Shown here: positions 24,467 through 24,717 of the stretch, one piece after another
Layout of the letters: every line of letters starts with the position of its first letter
Position numbering within the stretch: the first letter of the stretch is position 1
Virus record (IMG/VR): IMGVR_UViG_3300033405_000945
Span: 1 to 24,717 of that record
Source of the DNA: a virus
Taxonomy: Duplodnaviria > Caudoviricetes
Strand: one strand, 5' to 3'
DNA length: 24,717 bases
Notes under the pieces: model-generated
Told to the model about the DNA's origin: nothing
Seen by the model: the letters and a program-made list of their open reading frames with translations, nothing else
Databases searched by the model: none
Translations under genes and position numbers: made by a program

Positions 24467-24717
24467 AACGCATCCTGATTCTCTGTTTGCTGTTTGTCAT
24501 CCCGAGCTTGTCGAGGGATCTCTTCGCCGCGAATGATTACAACTGGCGGATCATCGTCGCGCCGCAGACAGGCGACGTCGAGCAGGTTGTGCTCGATCCG
24601 TCGCAATGGTCGCTGACGCTGACGAATTTCCCGACCGGCGTGCGCCGGGCCACGCTGGAATTCACCGGCTCGGGCGGCAGCTACACGCAAACGGTGGTAC
24701 AGGCGGCGGGATCGGGC
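24463..24717 (+). CDS. Signal-peptide-bearing protein at the tail fibre position (partial, runs off window)
   Basis: MKRILILCLLFVIPSLSRDLFA-ANDYNW..., open for 85 codons to the window end. GTCA-type REP at 24495-24522 lies inside the signal peptide. Confidence 0.7.
   Translation, partial: MKRILILCLLFVIPSLSRDLFAANDYNWRIIVAPQTGDVEQVVLDPSQWSLTLTNFPTGVRRATLEFTGSGGSYTQTVVQAAGSG

Larger units (their letters stand above)
1725..24717 (+). mobile_element. Mu-like siphoviral head-tail gene cluster (defective or domesticated prophage, GTA-like); right end outside window
   Basis: Co-oriented genes in Mu-like order gp25-26-27-terminase-portal-protease-capsid-gp36-gpG-gp37-tail, with many ATGA overlaps. 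No integrase or transposase seen. Confidence 0.85.

Overview
The window holds one divergent host-type secreted repeat protein gene (1-1239, minus strand; Verrucomicrobiota-like by inference). It is followed by a ~23 kb, tightly coupled plus-strand head-and-tail operon with Mu-like (transposable siphophage) gene order: membrane protein, gp25-, gp26- and gp27-like genes, large terminase, an exported small protein, DUF935 portal, Mu-type protease, cement, major capsid, gp36, gpG, gp37, tail tube, chaperones, a short tape measure, and a GTA/D3112-type tail tip (distal tail, DUF2163-like hub, NlpC/P60, J-like protein). The operon runs off the right edge. I recognise no repressor, transposase, replication or endolysin gene. 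The operon is densely colonised by several families of short palindromic REP-like elements. All 13 intragenic sites I found leave the reading frame open. Most intergenic ones sit inside mini-ORFs that overlap the neighbouring stop and start codons (often ATGA), apparently preserving translational coupling. One structured element interrupts the terminase Walker A motif and is followed by an amino-acid-identical but synonymously recoded copy of that motif. A related element accompanies a triplicated gene start near 23.8-24.0 kb. Together this suggests a long-resident, host-maintained Mu-derived particle operon (candidate gene transfer agent) under purifying selection. Family assignments come from motif and synteny recognition by eye, not database searches.
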